A stretch of 64,000 nucleotides of DNA from an uncultured Verrucomicrobia subdivision 3 bacterium (GCA_903865745.1 CAIPKV010000078.1:12649-76648), one strand, 5' to 3'; shown: positions 48,314 through 59,226, counted from the first letter of the stretch. The notes: a model not told the origin generated them from the sequence alone. Program-made: numbers and translations.

Positions 48314-48424
48314 CCAACGAGAATCGGCGGACGCAGGGAGAACTTATTCACCGAGGCTAAGCGGCTGATTTTTCATTCAACCTTGCGCAATTCGCTTTTC
48401 TTTGCTCAAATTCAGCGGCGCGCG

Positions 48425-49909
48425 ATGCAAAACCAACTTCAACCTTACCCCAAACATTACTGCGGCGTCTTTGGCGTCTTTGGCCATCCCAATGCCGCCG
48501 AGCTGGCCTACTTCGGCCTCTACGCCCTGCAACATCGCGGCCAGGAAAGCGCGGGCATTGTCACTTGCAACGGCGGGAAATTCTATAAGCACCACGGCAT
48601 GGGCCTCGTGCCCCAGATCTTTAACGACCCCAAGATTCTCCACGAACTCGTCGGCGACCGCGCCATCGGCCACACGCGCTATTCCACCACCGGTTCGTCC
48701 AATCTCCGCAACGCCCAGCCGCTCACCGTCGACTGCGCGCGCGGCCAGATCGCCGTCGCGCACAACGGCAACCTGACCAACGCCGCCGTCCTCCGCGACG
48801 AGCTCGAATCCCGCGGCCTCGTCTTCCAGACCTCGGTGGATAGCGAAATCATTATCATGATGCTCGCACAGCCCGAATTGGGCGGCGTCGCCAACTCGCT
48901 CGTGCAGACCTTGCGCCGCATCGAAGGCGCCTATTCCCTCGTCATCATGACGGAGAAAGAGCTCATCGGCGCGCGCGATCCGCATGGCTTCCGCCCGCTC
49001 TCCATTGGCAAGACGGCCGAGGGCGCCTATGTGCTGTCCAGCGAGACCACGGCCTTCGACCTTATCCATGCGCGCTTTATCCGCGACGTTGAGCCGGGCG
49101 AAATTGTCATCATCAACGAGAAAGGTCTGACCAGCATCCAAGCCTGGCCGGAACATCAGAAGCGCGCGTTCTGCGTCTTCGAATACGTTTATTTCGCGCG
49201 GCCCGACAGCGTCCTCAACGGCCACAGCGTTTACGATGTCCGCAAAGAGATGGGCCGCCAGCTCGCCCGCGAGCACAACGTCAAGGCCGACCTCGTCATC
49301 CCCGTCCCCGACAGCGGCGTGTGCGCCGCGATGGGTTACTCCGAAGAGTCCGGCATTCCCTACGAGATGGCATTCATCCGCAACCATTACGTCGGGCGCA
49401 GCTTCCTCCAGCCGACGCAGCTCATTCGCGACTTCAACGTCCGCGTGAAGCTGAATCTCATCGAGTCCCTCGTCAAAGACAAGAGCGTCATCATCGTGGA
49501 CGATTCCATTGTGCGCGGGACCACCTGCCGTTCCCGCGTGAAGACCCTCAAGGAAGCCGGCGCGCGCGCGGTGCACGTGGCGGTGAGCTGCCCCCCGCAC
49601 CAATTCCCCTGCGTGTACGGCATAGATTTTCCCGATCGCAGCAAACTCATGGCCGCGAACAACACGGTGGATGAGATTCGCAAATATCTGAACGCCGACT
49701 CCCTGCATTATCTCTCGCAAGCCGGGATGGTGGCTGCCACCGGTCAGGCGAAGGAAGCGTTCTGCATGGCCTGTTACGATGGCAAATATCCGGTGCCCTA
49801 CGATCCGCTGCTGGACAAGCACATCATCGAGCGCCGCCGCAAGCTGACGCAGACCCTCGGCGAAGCCGCCGCGAAGGAAGACGCCCAAGGCAAGCTGCTG
49901 AAAGTCTGA
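48425..49909 (+). CDS. purF: Amidophosphoribosyltransferase
   Basis: Propeptide then CGVFG; LQHRGQES, GHTRYST and VDDSIVRGTT; Fe-S cysteines. Confidence 0.97.
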   Translation: MQNQLQPYPKHYCGVFGVFGHPNAAELAYFGLYALQHRGQESAGIVTCNGGKFYKHHGMGLVPQIFNDPKILHELVGDRAIGHTRYSTTGSSNLRNAQPLTVDCARGQIAVAHNGNLTNAAVLRDELESRGLVFQTSVDSEIIIMMLAQPELGGVANSLVQTLRRIEGAYSLVIMTEKELIGARDPHGFRPLSIGKTAEGAYVLSSETTAFDLIHARFIRDVEPGEIVIINEKGLTSIQAWPEHQKRAFCVFEYVYFARPDSVLNGHSVYDVRKEMGRQLAREHNVKADLVIPVPDSGVCAAMGYSEESGIPYEMAFIRNHYVGRSFLQPTQLIRDFNVRVKLNLIESLVKDKSVIIVDDSIVRGTTCRSRVKTLKEAGARAVHVAVSCPPHQFPCVYGIDFPDRSKLMAANNTVDEIRKYLNADSLHYLSQAGMVAATGQAKEAFCMACYDGKYPVPYDPLLDKHIIERRRKLTQTLGEAAAKEDAQGKLLKV

Positions 49910-49910
49910 G

Positions 49911-50330
49911 CTCCCGCCGTCCGTCCGCAATCCCCGGTGACCCATTCTGAGGCTCCCGCCCTCAATTCCTAACCTCCCGCACCGAGTGCGGGGACCCCCG
50001 CGTTCCGTCCCGATGCTCCCGCAGTCAGTGCGGGGACTCCCGCACGGATTCCGGGAGCTCCCGCAGCAAGTCCGGGAACTCCCGCATCCGGTCCGGGGGT
50101 TCCCGCATCCGGTCCGGGGGTTCCCGCAGCTAGTCCCGATGCTCCCGCACGGCGTGCGGGGACACCGCCATTCAGTCCCGGTGTGCCGCGACGTGGTCGC
50201 GGTGTGCCGCCACCAGTTCGCGGCGTGCCGCCATGCGTTCGCGGTGCACCGGCACGGCGTCGCGGCATGCCGCCATGCGTTCGCGGCGTGCCGCCACCGA
50301 GTCCCGTTGTGCCGCCACGGCGTCGCGGCG
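49911..50330. repeat. 21-bp-period palindromic array D (20 units, two blocks)
   Basis: CTCCCGC-like anchors at 49911+21n up to 50142, then TGCCGC-like anchors in the same phase up to 50310; cores approximately TGCGGGAGCTCCCGCA and TCGCGGCATGCCGCSA. Confidence 0.9.
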
Positions 50331-50541
50331 CTTAGGTTTGGCGCCCCGATTCCTCGTAGCCGACCTCGAAACCAACCACTTACGCAGAATAGGGCTTTTT
50401 ACAAGCTCCCGACCCATCCCCGAACCACTTGAAGCCCTCCGCTTAAGCGGGGAAGCACTCCGGTCCGAAACGCGATTGGTTGGAAACCGAATTGACGCCG
50501 TTTGGCTTCGGCTCCAGAATCAGCGCCCTTAAATATCTGAC

Positions 50542-51219
50542 ATGAACTTTACCCCCGAACAGCTCGCGGCCTACATTGATTCCACCCTGCTCAAGCCCGA
50601 TGCCAGCGCCGCCCAAATCGAGCAGCTCTGCACCGAGGCGCGCGAACATGGCTTCTACGCCGTGTGCGTCAACGGCGCGTGGGTGGCCGCCGCCCGCCAT
50701 TTTCTGGAGGACAGCGAGGTGAAGGTGGTCAGCGTGGTCGGCTTCCCGCTCGGCGCGCTCGCCGCCGATGTCAAACGCTTCGAGACCGAGGTGGCCATCG
50801 ATGACGGCGCGCATGAGCTTGATATGGTGCTGAATATCGCGCGGCTGAAGGCGGGCGACGACAAGTTTATTTTTCGCGAGCTATGCGATGTCGTGGAAGC
50901 CGCCGATGAGCGCCCGGTGAAGGTGATTTTGGAAACGTGCCTGCTGACGGATGCGGAAAAGGTCCGCGCCTGCAAGCTGGCCATCGAGAGCGGCGCGAAG
51001 TTCGTCAAGACTTCGACCGGCTTCAATATCGCCGGCGCGTCGGTGACCGATGTGACGCTGCTACGCCAAACCGTCGGGGAAAAGTTCGGCGTGAAAGCGT
51101 CCGGGGGCATCCGCGATACGCTCACGGCCCTGGCGATGATTGAAGCGGGCGCCACGCGGATTGGAACTTCCAACGGAGTGGCCATCGTGAAGGGCCTGGT
51201 CGGCGGCGGAAACAACTGA
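50542..51219 (+). CDS. deoC: Deoxyribose-phosphate aldolase
   Basis: IDSTLLKP, VVGFPLG, VKTSTGF and VKASGGIR motifs. Confidence 0.96.
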   Translation: MNFTPEQLAAYIDSTLLKPDASAAQIEQLCTEAREHGFYAVCVNGAWVAAARHFLEDSEVKVVSVVGFPLGALAADVKRFETEVAIDDGAHELDMVLNIARLKAGDDKFIFRELCDVVEAADERPVKVILETCLLTDAEKVRACKLAIESGAKFVKTSTGFNIAGASVTDVTLLRQTVGEKFGVKASGGIRDTLTALAMIEAGATRIGTSNGVAIVKGLVGGGNN

Positions 51220-51255
51220 TTACACCAGCGGAAGTACGGCGAACGGACCGGAGGC

Positions 51256-52200
51256 TTAATTAACCGGCGCGTCGACGGGGCCTTTCCCACCATTGATGAG
51301 GAAGAGCACCGCCATGCGGACGGCAAGGCCATTGGTCACTTGCTGCAAAATCACGGAGCGGCCGCAATCGGCTATCTCGCTATCGATCTCGACGCCGCGA
51401 TTGATGGGGCCGGGATGCATGACGAGCGCGTCGGGCTTGAGCTTGGCGAAACGCGCCTTGGTGAGACCGAAAAGCTGGGTGTATTCGCCGATGCTGGGGA
51501 ACATGGTCTTGCGCTGGCGCTCGTGCTGGATGCGCAGGAGATTGATGATGTCGGCATCGCGGATCGCTTCATCCACATCGTGCGTGACGCGACAGCCCAT
51601 TTGCTCAAACACCTTCGGCACGAGCGTGGATGGCCCGCAGAGCGTGACCTTCGCACCAAGTTTCGTCAGCGCCCAGATGTCGGACCGCGCGACGCGGCTG
51701 TAGAGGATATCGCCGAGAATGGTGACGTTCAGCCCGGCGATGCGGCCCTTGCGCTCGCGAATGGTGAAGCAGTCGAGCAGCGCCTGCGTGGGATGCTCGT
51801 GCGCGCCGTCGCCAGCGTTGATGACGTGGGCATCCAGCACGCGGGAGAGAAAATGCGGCGCGCCGCTCGCGCTGTGCCGGATGACGATGAAGTCGGCATT
51901 GAGCGCCTGGAGATTGAGCGCGGTGTCCTTGAGGGTCTCGCCTTTCTTGAAGGAGGAGGCCTCGGCGGAGAAGTTGACGGTGTCGGCGGAGAGCCGCTGC
52001 GCCGCGAGCTCGAAGCTGATGCGCGTGCGCGTGGAGGGCTCGACAAACAAATTGACGACGGTCTTGCCGCGGAGCGCGGGGACCTTCTTGATGGCGCGCT
52101 CGCCGACGGCCTTGAACCCGCGCGCGGTGTCGAGCACGGTGAGAATTTCCTCCGCCGTGAGCGACTCGATGTCGAGCAGATGTTTCTTGGTCCAGGCCAT
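51256..52200 (-). CDS. pyrB: Aspartate carbamoyltransferase catalytic subunit
   Basis: [20 protein letters not shown] and MHPGPINRG motifs. Confidence 0.97.
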   Translation of the reverse strand: MAWTKKHLLDIESLTAEEILTVLDTARGFKAVGERAIKKVPALRGKTVVNLFVEPSTRTRISFELAAQRLSADTVNFSAEASSFKKGETLKDTALNLQALNADFIVIRHSASGAPHFLSRVLDAHVINAGDGAHEHPTQALLDCFTIRERKGRIAGLNVTILGDILYSRVARSDIWALTKLGAKVTLCGPSTLVPKVFEQMGCRVTHDVDEAIRDADIINLLRIQHERQRKTMFPSIGEYTQLFGLTKARFAKLKPDALVMHPGPINRGVEIDSEIADCGRSVILQQVTNGLAVRMAVLFLINGGKGPVDAPVN

Positions 52201-52203
52201 AAG

Positions 52204-52836
<633 letters not shown>

Positions 52837-52846
52837 AGTAAATTCT

Positions 52847-53068
52847 TTAGTTCGTCGCGGCGGCTTGTCGGGATTTGCGCCACTGGGCGCGGTGCTTGAT
52901 GATCCAGTCCGTGAGGGCGCGCTCGAAACCGATGTCGTGGCCAGCCTTCTCGGACTCAATCCATTTGTGGCGCAATATCTCCTCGCGTTCCGCCTGAAAC
53001 TCGCGGTAAAGCGTGGAGTTTTTCAGCAAATCGTTCGCCGACGATGATTCTTTTCCAACGTACGACAT
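52847..53068 (-). CDS. Small hypothetical protein (DUF4032-like)
   Basis: LYREFQAEREEILRHKWIESEKAGHDIGFERALTDW. Confidence 0.75.
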   Translation of the reverse strand: MSYVGKESSSANDLLKNSTLYREFQAEREEILRHKWIESEKAGHDIGFERALTDWIIKHRAQWRKSRQAAATN

Positions 53069-53236
53069 GACTAATTTAATAATGAGACATAACTTAAGAC
53101 CAAGCACTAGTTCTGGCAAATGAAATCTGAACGAGAAAAATTGTGGAAATCAATGGCTTACGGCGGGCCTTTTCCAAAGCATAAACCATAGAAGAAAGAT
53201 TTCGACGTATCCTGCCTCCGCGCTTATTTTGCCGGC

Positions 53237-53749
53237 ATGAGCGAAGAGATTTTCGATGTCGTTAACGAGCACGACGAGGTCATCGGACAAAACACGCGGC
53301 GCGAGGTTCATGCACGCGGATTATGGCATCGCGCCGTCCATGTGCTGGTGTTTAACTCGCGCGGCGAGGTGTTTCTCCAGAAGCGTTCCATGAAGAAAGA
53401 CATTGCCGCTGGCAAGTGGGACTCGTCGGCGTCCGGCCATCTGGATAGCGGCGAGGATTACGATGCGTGCGCGGTGCGCGAGGTGCGTGAGGAGATTGGG
53501 CTTCAGCTGGCGCAGACGCCGAAGCGGCTGTTCAAGGTTGATGCGCGCAAGGAAACGGGCTGGGAATTCTGCTGGATTTACCGCTGCGAAAGCGAAGGGC
53601 CGTTTGTATTGCATCCCGATGAAATCGAGACGGGTGGTTGGTTTAAGCCGGATGCGGTGACACAGTGGGTGAGCAAACAGCCGCAGGATTTTGCGAGCTG
53701 CTTCGTGCTCATTTGGAAATTGTATTTAACCACACATGGAACCAGATAA
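53237..53749 (+). CDS. Nudix hydrolase (IPP-isomerase/YfcD-like)
   Basis: HRAVHVLVFN, LQKRS and the GHLDSGEDYDACAVREVREEIG Nudix box. Confidence 0.88.
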   Translation: MSEEIFDVVNEHDEVIGQNTRREVHARGLWHRAVHVLVFNSRGEVFLQKRSMKKDIAAGKWDSSASGHLDSGEDYDACAVREVREEIGLQLAQTPKRLFKVDARKETGWEFCWIYRCESEGPFVLHPDEIETGGWFKPDAVTQWVSKQPQDFASCFVLIWKLYLTTHGTR

Positions 53750-54317
53750 TAATCGATTAAAAACCGAGCTGCGTTCGCACATCCGGGCGCGGCTGGAAAA
53801 GATTTCCGTGGCGGTGCGCGCGGTGGAATCTATTGATCTGTGCGAGCGGCTGAAGACGCAGATGCCGAGCGCGCATACCATCTTGTTTTTTGCGCCGCTG
53901 CCGGACGAATTGGATGTGTGGCCAGTGCTGGAATTGTCGCTGGCGTTGGGCGTAAACTGCGCGCTGCCGTTTTTCGACGCGGACAAAAAAAACTACGGTG
54001 CGAAGCGAATTAAAAATGTGGCGGCGGACATCGTTACCGGAAAATTTGGTGTGCGCGAGCCGGCGGTTAGCTGCGCGGAAATTTCGTTGAACCAGTTTGA
54101 TTTGGTGCTAATACCGGGCATGGCCTTTGACCTGAGCGGCAACCGGCTGGGGCGGGGGCGGGGGTTTTATGACCGGCTATTGGAAAACGCGAGCGGTATC
54201 AAATGCGGGGTCTGCCATGATTTCCAGCTGCTGGAAAAAATCCCAACCGAGCCGCATGATGCGAAAGTGGATTTTATACTGACGCCGTCGCGCTGCGTGC
54301 GCCGGAAGAAAGATTAG
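53736..54317 (+). CDS. 5-formyltetrahydrofolate cyclo-ligase
   Basis: GKFGVREP, PGMAFDLSGNRLGRGRGFYDRLL and EPHD motifs. Confidence 0.93.
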   Translation: MEPDNNRLKTELRSHIRARLEKISVAVRAVESIDLCERLKTQMPSAHTILFFAPLPDELDVWPVLELSLALGVNCALPFFDADKKNYGAKRIKNVAADIVTGKFGVREPAVSCAEISLNQFDLVLIPGMAFDLSGNRLGRGRGFYDRLLENASGIKCGVCHDFQLLEKIPTEPHDAKVDFILTPSRCVRRKKD

Positions 54318-54483
54318 CGATGCTGCGTGTCCATGCCGCCAAGGCCGTTTTCCCAGCCCTGCGGTGTGTTCCACGGACGGACGGAGGCATTATCAGGTTC
54401 ATCAGTAGAACAGCCGGAGATTACTAAAAAAACCGCAGCGAGCAGTAGCAACACGAGCCAGTTGGCCGCAGGGAATTTCATCG

Positions 54484-55251
54484 TCAGGTGGCGGGGTGCG
54501 CTGGCGATACCTCGTCGCCTTCGATCATGTCCCCTAGTTTCCAGCCGGGCACGAGGTTGGCAATGCTGCGGTCTTTTTCGACGCTGCGAACGATAACCTT
54601 AGCCACGAGCTTGCCCTGACGACTGACGAGCAGTTCGCCCTGCGTTATTAGCCCCTGATCTTCGCCGATGTTAAGCACTACGAAATCCCACTTGGGATCC
54701 ACCACGAGGACTTTGCCATGCAAATCAGCCGGCAGTTTAACGAACTGATCCGGTCCGACATATTTGGCGAGTTCGTTGGTGAGTCGACCGATTGTATGCA
54801 GCAGGACAACTTTCTCGCCATTGACCACATCAATTTCGGAGCGGGCATTCTTAAGATCCTTGGCTAGCCGGAAGACTTGTTCGGGCGTCAGCTCCGTCGC
54901 TTTGTAGGCGGCGAGGGCGTTTTGGGCATCATCGCGATCCTGCGAAACTTTAGTGAGCTTATCGGAAAGTTCGTCGGCGCGCTTGGTTTGCTCGTCAGCA
55001 CGGGCAATCTGCTTGTCGCGATCAGCCTTCGTATCGGCCAAATCTGACTGCGTCTGCGCCAGATCGCTTTGGGTCTTGGCCAATTTAGTCTTGGTACTGG
55101 AGAGGTCGGACAGGGCGGCAATCTTGGCGGAGTGCTCGTCATCACGCTGCTTGGCAAGCGCGGGGATCTTGTCGGACACCTCTAAATAAGAAACCACGCC
55201 AGCACCGAGCCCGGCCAAAATGGCTATGATTAAACTAATGCGAAGTAACAT
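54484..55251 (-). CDS. Membrane-anchored coiled-coil protein with a C-terminal beta domain
   Basis: N-terminal TM, long heptad region, GKVLVVDPKWDFVVLNIG. Confidence 0.7.
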   Translation of the reverse strand: MLLRISLIIAILAGLGAGVVSYLEVSDKIPALAKQRDDEHSAKIAALSDLSSTKTKLAKTQSDLAQTQSDLADTKADRDKQIARADEQTKRADELSDKLTKVSQDRDDAQNALAAYKATELTPEQVFRLAKDLKNARSEIDVVNGEKVVLLHTIGRLTNELAKYVGPDQFVKLPADLHGKVLVVDPKWDFVVLNIGEDQGLITQGELLVSRQGKLVAKVIVRSVEKDRSIANLVPGWKLGDMIEGDEVSPAHPAT

Positions 55252-55350
55252 GGTATTGCCGTTTGCCGAAGACTAAACCTCTCAGCCAAACGTGTCAACG
55301 CCGTTTGCGCCTTGCAATAGCAGGGTTTACAAGCATCTTTTTCCCCGACC

Positions 55351-56520
55351 ATGAGACTAAACCATAGTCGGCACCTTGCCTATTGCACGAATGTGCATCG
55401 GGGCGAGACTTGGACGGAAACGTTCCGTTCGTTGGAAGATTATGCTTTGGCAGTGCGCGATAAAGTTTGCCCTCAAAAGCCCTTCGCCATCGGCCTGCGC
55501 CTCGGCCAACGGGCCGCCGTCCAATTGGCAGAACGCGACGAGATGCTAAATTTCCAACGCTGGCTTGATAAAAAATCGTGCTATGTTTTTACCATCAACG
55601 GCTTTCCTTATGGCCGGTTCCACGGCGCGCGCATTAAGGAGCAGGTCTATCGTCCAGACTGGACTTCACCGGACCGTGTGACCTACACCAATCTGTTGTT
55701 TGACCTACTCGCCAAGCTCGTGCCGACGGACGTTGAGGGCAGCGTAAGCACCTTGCCAGGGACATTTAAAGAATTTGATGTGTCCGCCGACGCATTGAAA
55801 ACCATCCGCTCAAATATCTGGCAATCCATCGAGCATATCGCACGCATTAGCCGAGAGAGTGGCCGGAACTTGCATCTTGGCCTCGAACCCGAGCCGCTCT
55901 GTCTGCTGGAAACCAGCGCGGAGACAATTGATTTCTTTGACCAGCTCCGCGCTGAACATCCGCGCGATGAACGGTTGGCTGCGCATATCGGCGTAAACTA
56001 CGATACCTGCCATTTTGCCGTGGAATTCGAAGAACCGCAGAACGCCCTAACCAACCTCATCCACCACGGTATCCGGATCAGCAAAATTCATTTGAGTTCT
56101 GCGCTCAAAGTCTCACCCACGCCACAAGCGCACGCAGAACTTAGAAAATTCTCCGACGACGTTTATCTTCATCAGGTTATTGCCCGCGCCGTGATGGGCG
56201 AACGAACCCTCTACCGAGACTTACCCGAAGCCATGGCTCATCACCCATCATTCGCCACTCACAACTCCGAAGAATGGCGCATCCATTTTCATGTCCCGCT
56301 ACATGCGCCCGCTGCGCCGCCGTTTGCGAACACCAACGACCACCTGCTCGGCGTCTTGGATCTGCTACAAGCTCGCCCGGAGCTCTGCTCACACCTGGAA
56401 ATGGAAACCTACACCTGGGAGGTGCTGCCGCCGGAATTGAAAACGCATAGCGTCGTTGACCAACTCGCGGCAGAATACGGTTGGACGCTGGCAGAACTGG
56501 CCAAACGTGGACTTTGTTGA
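55351..56520 (+). CDS. eboE: EboE-family TIM-barrel protein (xylose isomerase-like)
   Basis: HLAYCTNVH, TINGFPYGRFH, KEQVYRPDW, LEPEP, WRIHFHVP and HLEMETYTW motifs. Confidence 0.88.
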   Translation: MRLNHSRHLAYCTNVHRGETWTETFRSLEDYALAVRDKVCPQKPFAIGLRLGQRAAVQLAERDEMLNFQRWLDKKSCYVFTINGFPYGRFHGARIKEQVYRPDWTSPDRVTYTNLLFDLLAKLVPTDVEGSVSTLPGTFKEFDVSADALKTIRSNIWQSIEHIARISRESGRNLHLGLEPEPLCLLETSAETIDFFDQLRAEHPRDERLAAHIGVNYDTCHFAVEFEEPQNALTNLIHHGIRISKIHLSSALKVSPTPQAHAELRKFSDDVYLHQVIARAVMGERTLYRDLPEAMAHHPSFATHNSEEWRIHFHVPLHAPAAPPFANTNDHLLGVLDLLQARPELCSHLEMETYTWEVLPPELKTHSVVDQLAAEYGWTLAELAKRGLC

Positions 56521-56602
56521 ATGACGATTTGCGGTTTACGATTTACTAAATTCCCGTAAATTGTCCGACCACGCGCAAATCGCCGATGGCCAATCAAATA
56601 TA

Positions 56603-57460
56603 ATGCCACCCCGCTTACGGACATTTTTGATCTTGGGACGCGTGTCGAATCTACCGACCGTCTGGTCAAACTGCCTTGCCGGCTGGTGGCTCGGCGGCGG
56701 CGGAAACTTCTGGAAGCTGCCATTCCTCTTCGTGGGTGTAAGCCTGCTTTATACCGGTGGAATGTTTTTGAACGACGCCTTTGATATAGACTTCGATCGC
56801 CAACGACGCCCGGAACGCCCGATTCCATCCGGAAAAATTTCCGCGCAACACGTTTGGCGCTTCGGCTTCAGCCAACTTGGCGCAGGATTTTTCCTACTGC
56901 TCTTCTGCGGCCAGATGGCGGCGGGCGCAGGATTTTTTCTTGCCCTCTTTATCCTGCTCTACAATTTCTGCCACAAGTTTTTCAACGCCGCACCTTGGCT
57001 TATGGGTGCGTGCCGCTTCTGGGTCTATGTCATCAGCGGTGCAACGGGCTTGTGGGGTCTAAACGGCTGGCCAATCCTCTGCGGCCTCGCGCTAGCGCTC
57101 TATGTCGTCGGACTGAGCTATGTCGCGCGACGGGAAAGTTATCGCGGGCCAATCCCGTTCTGGCCCTTGCTTCTGCTGGCTGCACCCATCCTTCTAGCAC
57201 TGGCGATGAACACTGGTAGCTACCGCTGGCGCGCCATCTGGATTTCTGTCGTGCTGACGCTGTGGGCTGGTCGTTGCGTGCGGACCTTTTTTACGGGCGG
57301 CGTCTCCAATGTCGGCCTCATCGTCGCAAATCTGCTCGCTGGCATCGTCTTCGCAGATTGGGTCGCCATCGCGCCAGATTGTTCGCGCTGGCTGAGCCTG
57401 ATCTTACTCGCGATATTTGGCCTAACGAAATGGCTTCAAAAATTCGTGCCGGCCACTTAG
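56603..57460 (+). CDS. UbiA-family prenyltransferase (EboC-like)
   Basis: GRVSNLPTVWSN, NDAFDIDFDRQRRPERPIPSG and MGACR motifs; multiple TM helices. Confidence 0.85.
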   Translation: MPPRLRTFLILGRVSNLPTVWSNCLAGWWLGGGGNFWKLPFLFVGVSLLYTGGMFLNDAFDIDFDRQRRPERPIPSGKISAQHVWRFGFSQLGAGFFLLLFCGQMAAGAGFFLALFILLYNFCHKFFNAAPWLMGACRFWVYVISGATGLWGLNGWPILCGLALALYVVGLSYVARRESYRGPIPFWPLLLLAAPILLALAMNTGSYRWRAIWISVVLTLWAGRCVRTFFTGGVSNVGLIVANLLAGIVFADWVAIAPDCSRWLSLILLAIFGLTKWLQKFVPAT

Positions 57461-57543
57461 AGTGCAGTTCTTGCGGGCAGAAAAGTCGACTTTAAGCTGC
57501 ACTTGAACAGTGACGAAGGGCAAGTTATTCTATCGGTTCGCTT

Positions 57544-59214
57544 ATGAGCGCTGAAACACCAGTCAAATTGACCCACAACGAGGGAATCAAAGCTGCCATC
57601 CCAACCTTGGCCGGCACCATCGCCGCGACCATCGCTGATCCGGCGGCCGACCATTTCTCCGAGGATGACAACCAGTTCCTGAAGTTTCATGGCTCCTACC
57701 AGCAGGACGACCGCGACCTGCGCAAGATCGGCAAGAAGTATATCATGATGATTCGTGGTCGCATTCCCGGCGGCGTGATGACTTCGAAGCAATACGGGGT
57801 ATTCGACCAACTCGCCACCGATTATGGCAACGACACGCTGCGCATCACCACACGCCAAAGCATCCAGTTTCACGGCATCGTTAAGAACAATTTCCGACCG
57901 GTGGTCAAAGCAATCAACGAGTGCCTGCTCTCCACGCTTGCCGCCTGCGGCGACGTAAACCGCAACGTCCTCGCACCGCCCACGCCTGCCTACACCAAGG
58001 CGCGCGAACAGGTCTATGCCGACGCGCACAAGGTAGCCATGGCACTAGCGCCGCAAACCAAAGCCTATCACGCTATCTGGATTGACGGTGTGCAACTCGA
58101 CAACGAGGCGCCGGAGAACAAAAACTTTATTGATCCGCTTTATGGCAAAACCTATTTACCGCGCAAGTTCAAGATTGCCTTCGTCATTCCACCGGTAAAT
58201 GACTTGGATGTTTATACAAATTGCCTCGGCTTCATCGCCATCGTCGAGAACGACCAACTCATTGGTTACAATCTCGCAGTTGGTGGTGGCATGGGTCGCA
58301 GTCACGGCAACGAGGCAACCTATCCACGCATGGCGGATGTCATTGGCTTCTTTACGCCGGATAAAATCGTGGATGTAGCGAAGGCTGTGCTCACTATCCA
58401 CCGCGATTTCGGCGACCGCACCGACCGCAAGCACGCGCGTCTGAAATACGTTGTGGCCGAACGGGGAGTGAAGTTCATGCAAGCCGAGGTAAACCAGCGC
58501 GCTGGCCTAACCCTCGCGCCAGCCAAGCCTTACCAATTCACCACGACTAGCGATTTACTCGGCTGGCGCAAGGCGGTTGACGGAAGTTGGTTTTTCGGCG
58601 TATTCGTCGAGTCCGGCCGCGTGAAAGGCGCTCAGAAAAAAGCGTTACGCGAGATTGCCGATAAGTTTCAGAAGATTGAATTCCGATTGACGGCAAATCA
58701 AAATGTGATTCTTTCCAATGTCAGTGATACCGACAAAGCCGGTGTCACAGCATTGTTCACCGCCCATGGCTTGAAAACGGAAAATCAGGCAACAGCCTTG
58801 CACGCGGCCGCGATGGCTTGTCCATCGCTGCCGACCTGCGGTCTTGGCCTCGCGGAATCGGAACGCATGTTGCCGGGTTTTCTTGACCGCATCGAAAAAC
58901 TTTTGACCGAGGTTGGCTTGGCTGGCCAAGAAATCATTATCCGCTCAACTGGCTGCCCGAACGGTTGCGCACGGCCTTACATGGCGGAAATCGGTTTCGT
59001 CGGCAAGGCGCCCGGGCGCTATCAAGTCTGGCTCGGTGGCGATGTTTCCGGCACGCGGCTCAATAAAGTCTGGAAAGATGTCCTCAAGGAAGCGGATTTA
59101 GAAACGGAATTCCGCCCCGTGTTTACCCGGTTTGCGAATGAACGCCATGCCGGCGAGCGTTTTGGCGACTGGTGCCAGCGCGCTTTTCTCAAGGAGCAGT
59201 CCGTAGCCAATTAA
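57544..59214 (+). CDS. cysI: Sulfite reductase hemoprotein (CysI/Sir)
   Basis: KFHGSYQQDDRD, ACGDVNRNV, YLPRKFK, CPSLPTCGL and TGCPNGC motifs. Confidence 0.93.
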   Translation: MSAETPVKLTHNEGIKAAIPTLAGTIAATIADPAADHFSEDDNQFLKFHGSYQQDDRDLRKIGKKYIMMIRGRIPGGVMTSKQYGVFDQLATDYGNDTLRITTRQSIQFHGIVKNNFRPVVKAINECLLSTLAACGDVNRNVLAPPTPAYTKAREQVYADAHKVAMALAPQTKAYHAIWIDGVQLDNEAPENKNFIDPLYGKTYLPRKFKIAFVIPPVNDLDVYTNCLGFIAIVENDQLIGYNLAVGGGMGRSHGNEATYPRMADVIGFFTPDKIVDVAKAVLTIHRDFGDRTDRKHARLKYVVAERGVKFMQAEVNQRAGLTLAPAKPYQFTTTSDLLGWRKAVDGSWFFGVFVESGRVKGAQKKALREIADKFQKIEFRLTANQNVILSNVSDTDKAGVTALFTAHGLKTENQATALHAAAMACPSLPTCGLGLAESERMLPGFLDRIEKLLTEVGLAGQEIIIRSTGCPNGCARPYMAEIGFVGKAPGRYQVWLGGDVSGTRLNKVWKDVLKEADLETEFRPVFTRFANERHAGERFGDWCQRAFLKEQSVAN

Positions 59215-59226
59215 ACTTTCGCTGTC

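Noticed and set aside
53069-53735. 6S RNA expected upstream of 5-formyl-THF cyclo-ligase
   Set aside because: The upstream neighbour is a Nudix gene overlapping its start, and the 53069-53236 gap is AT-rich with no long 6S-like hairpin.
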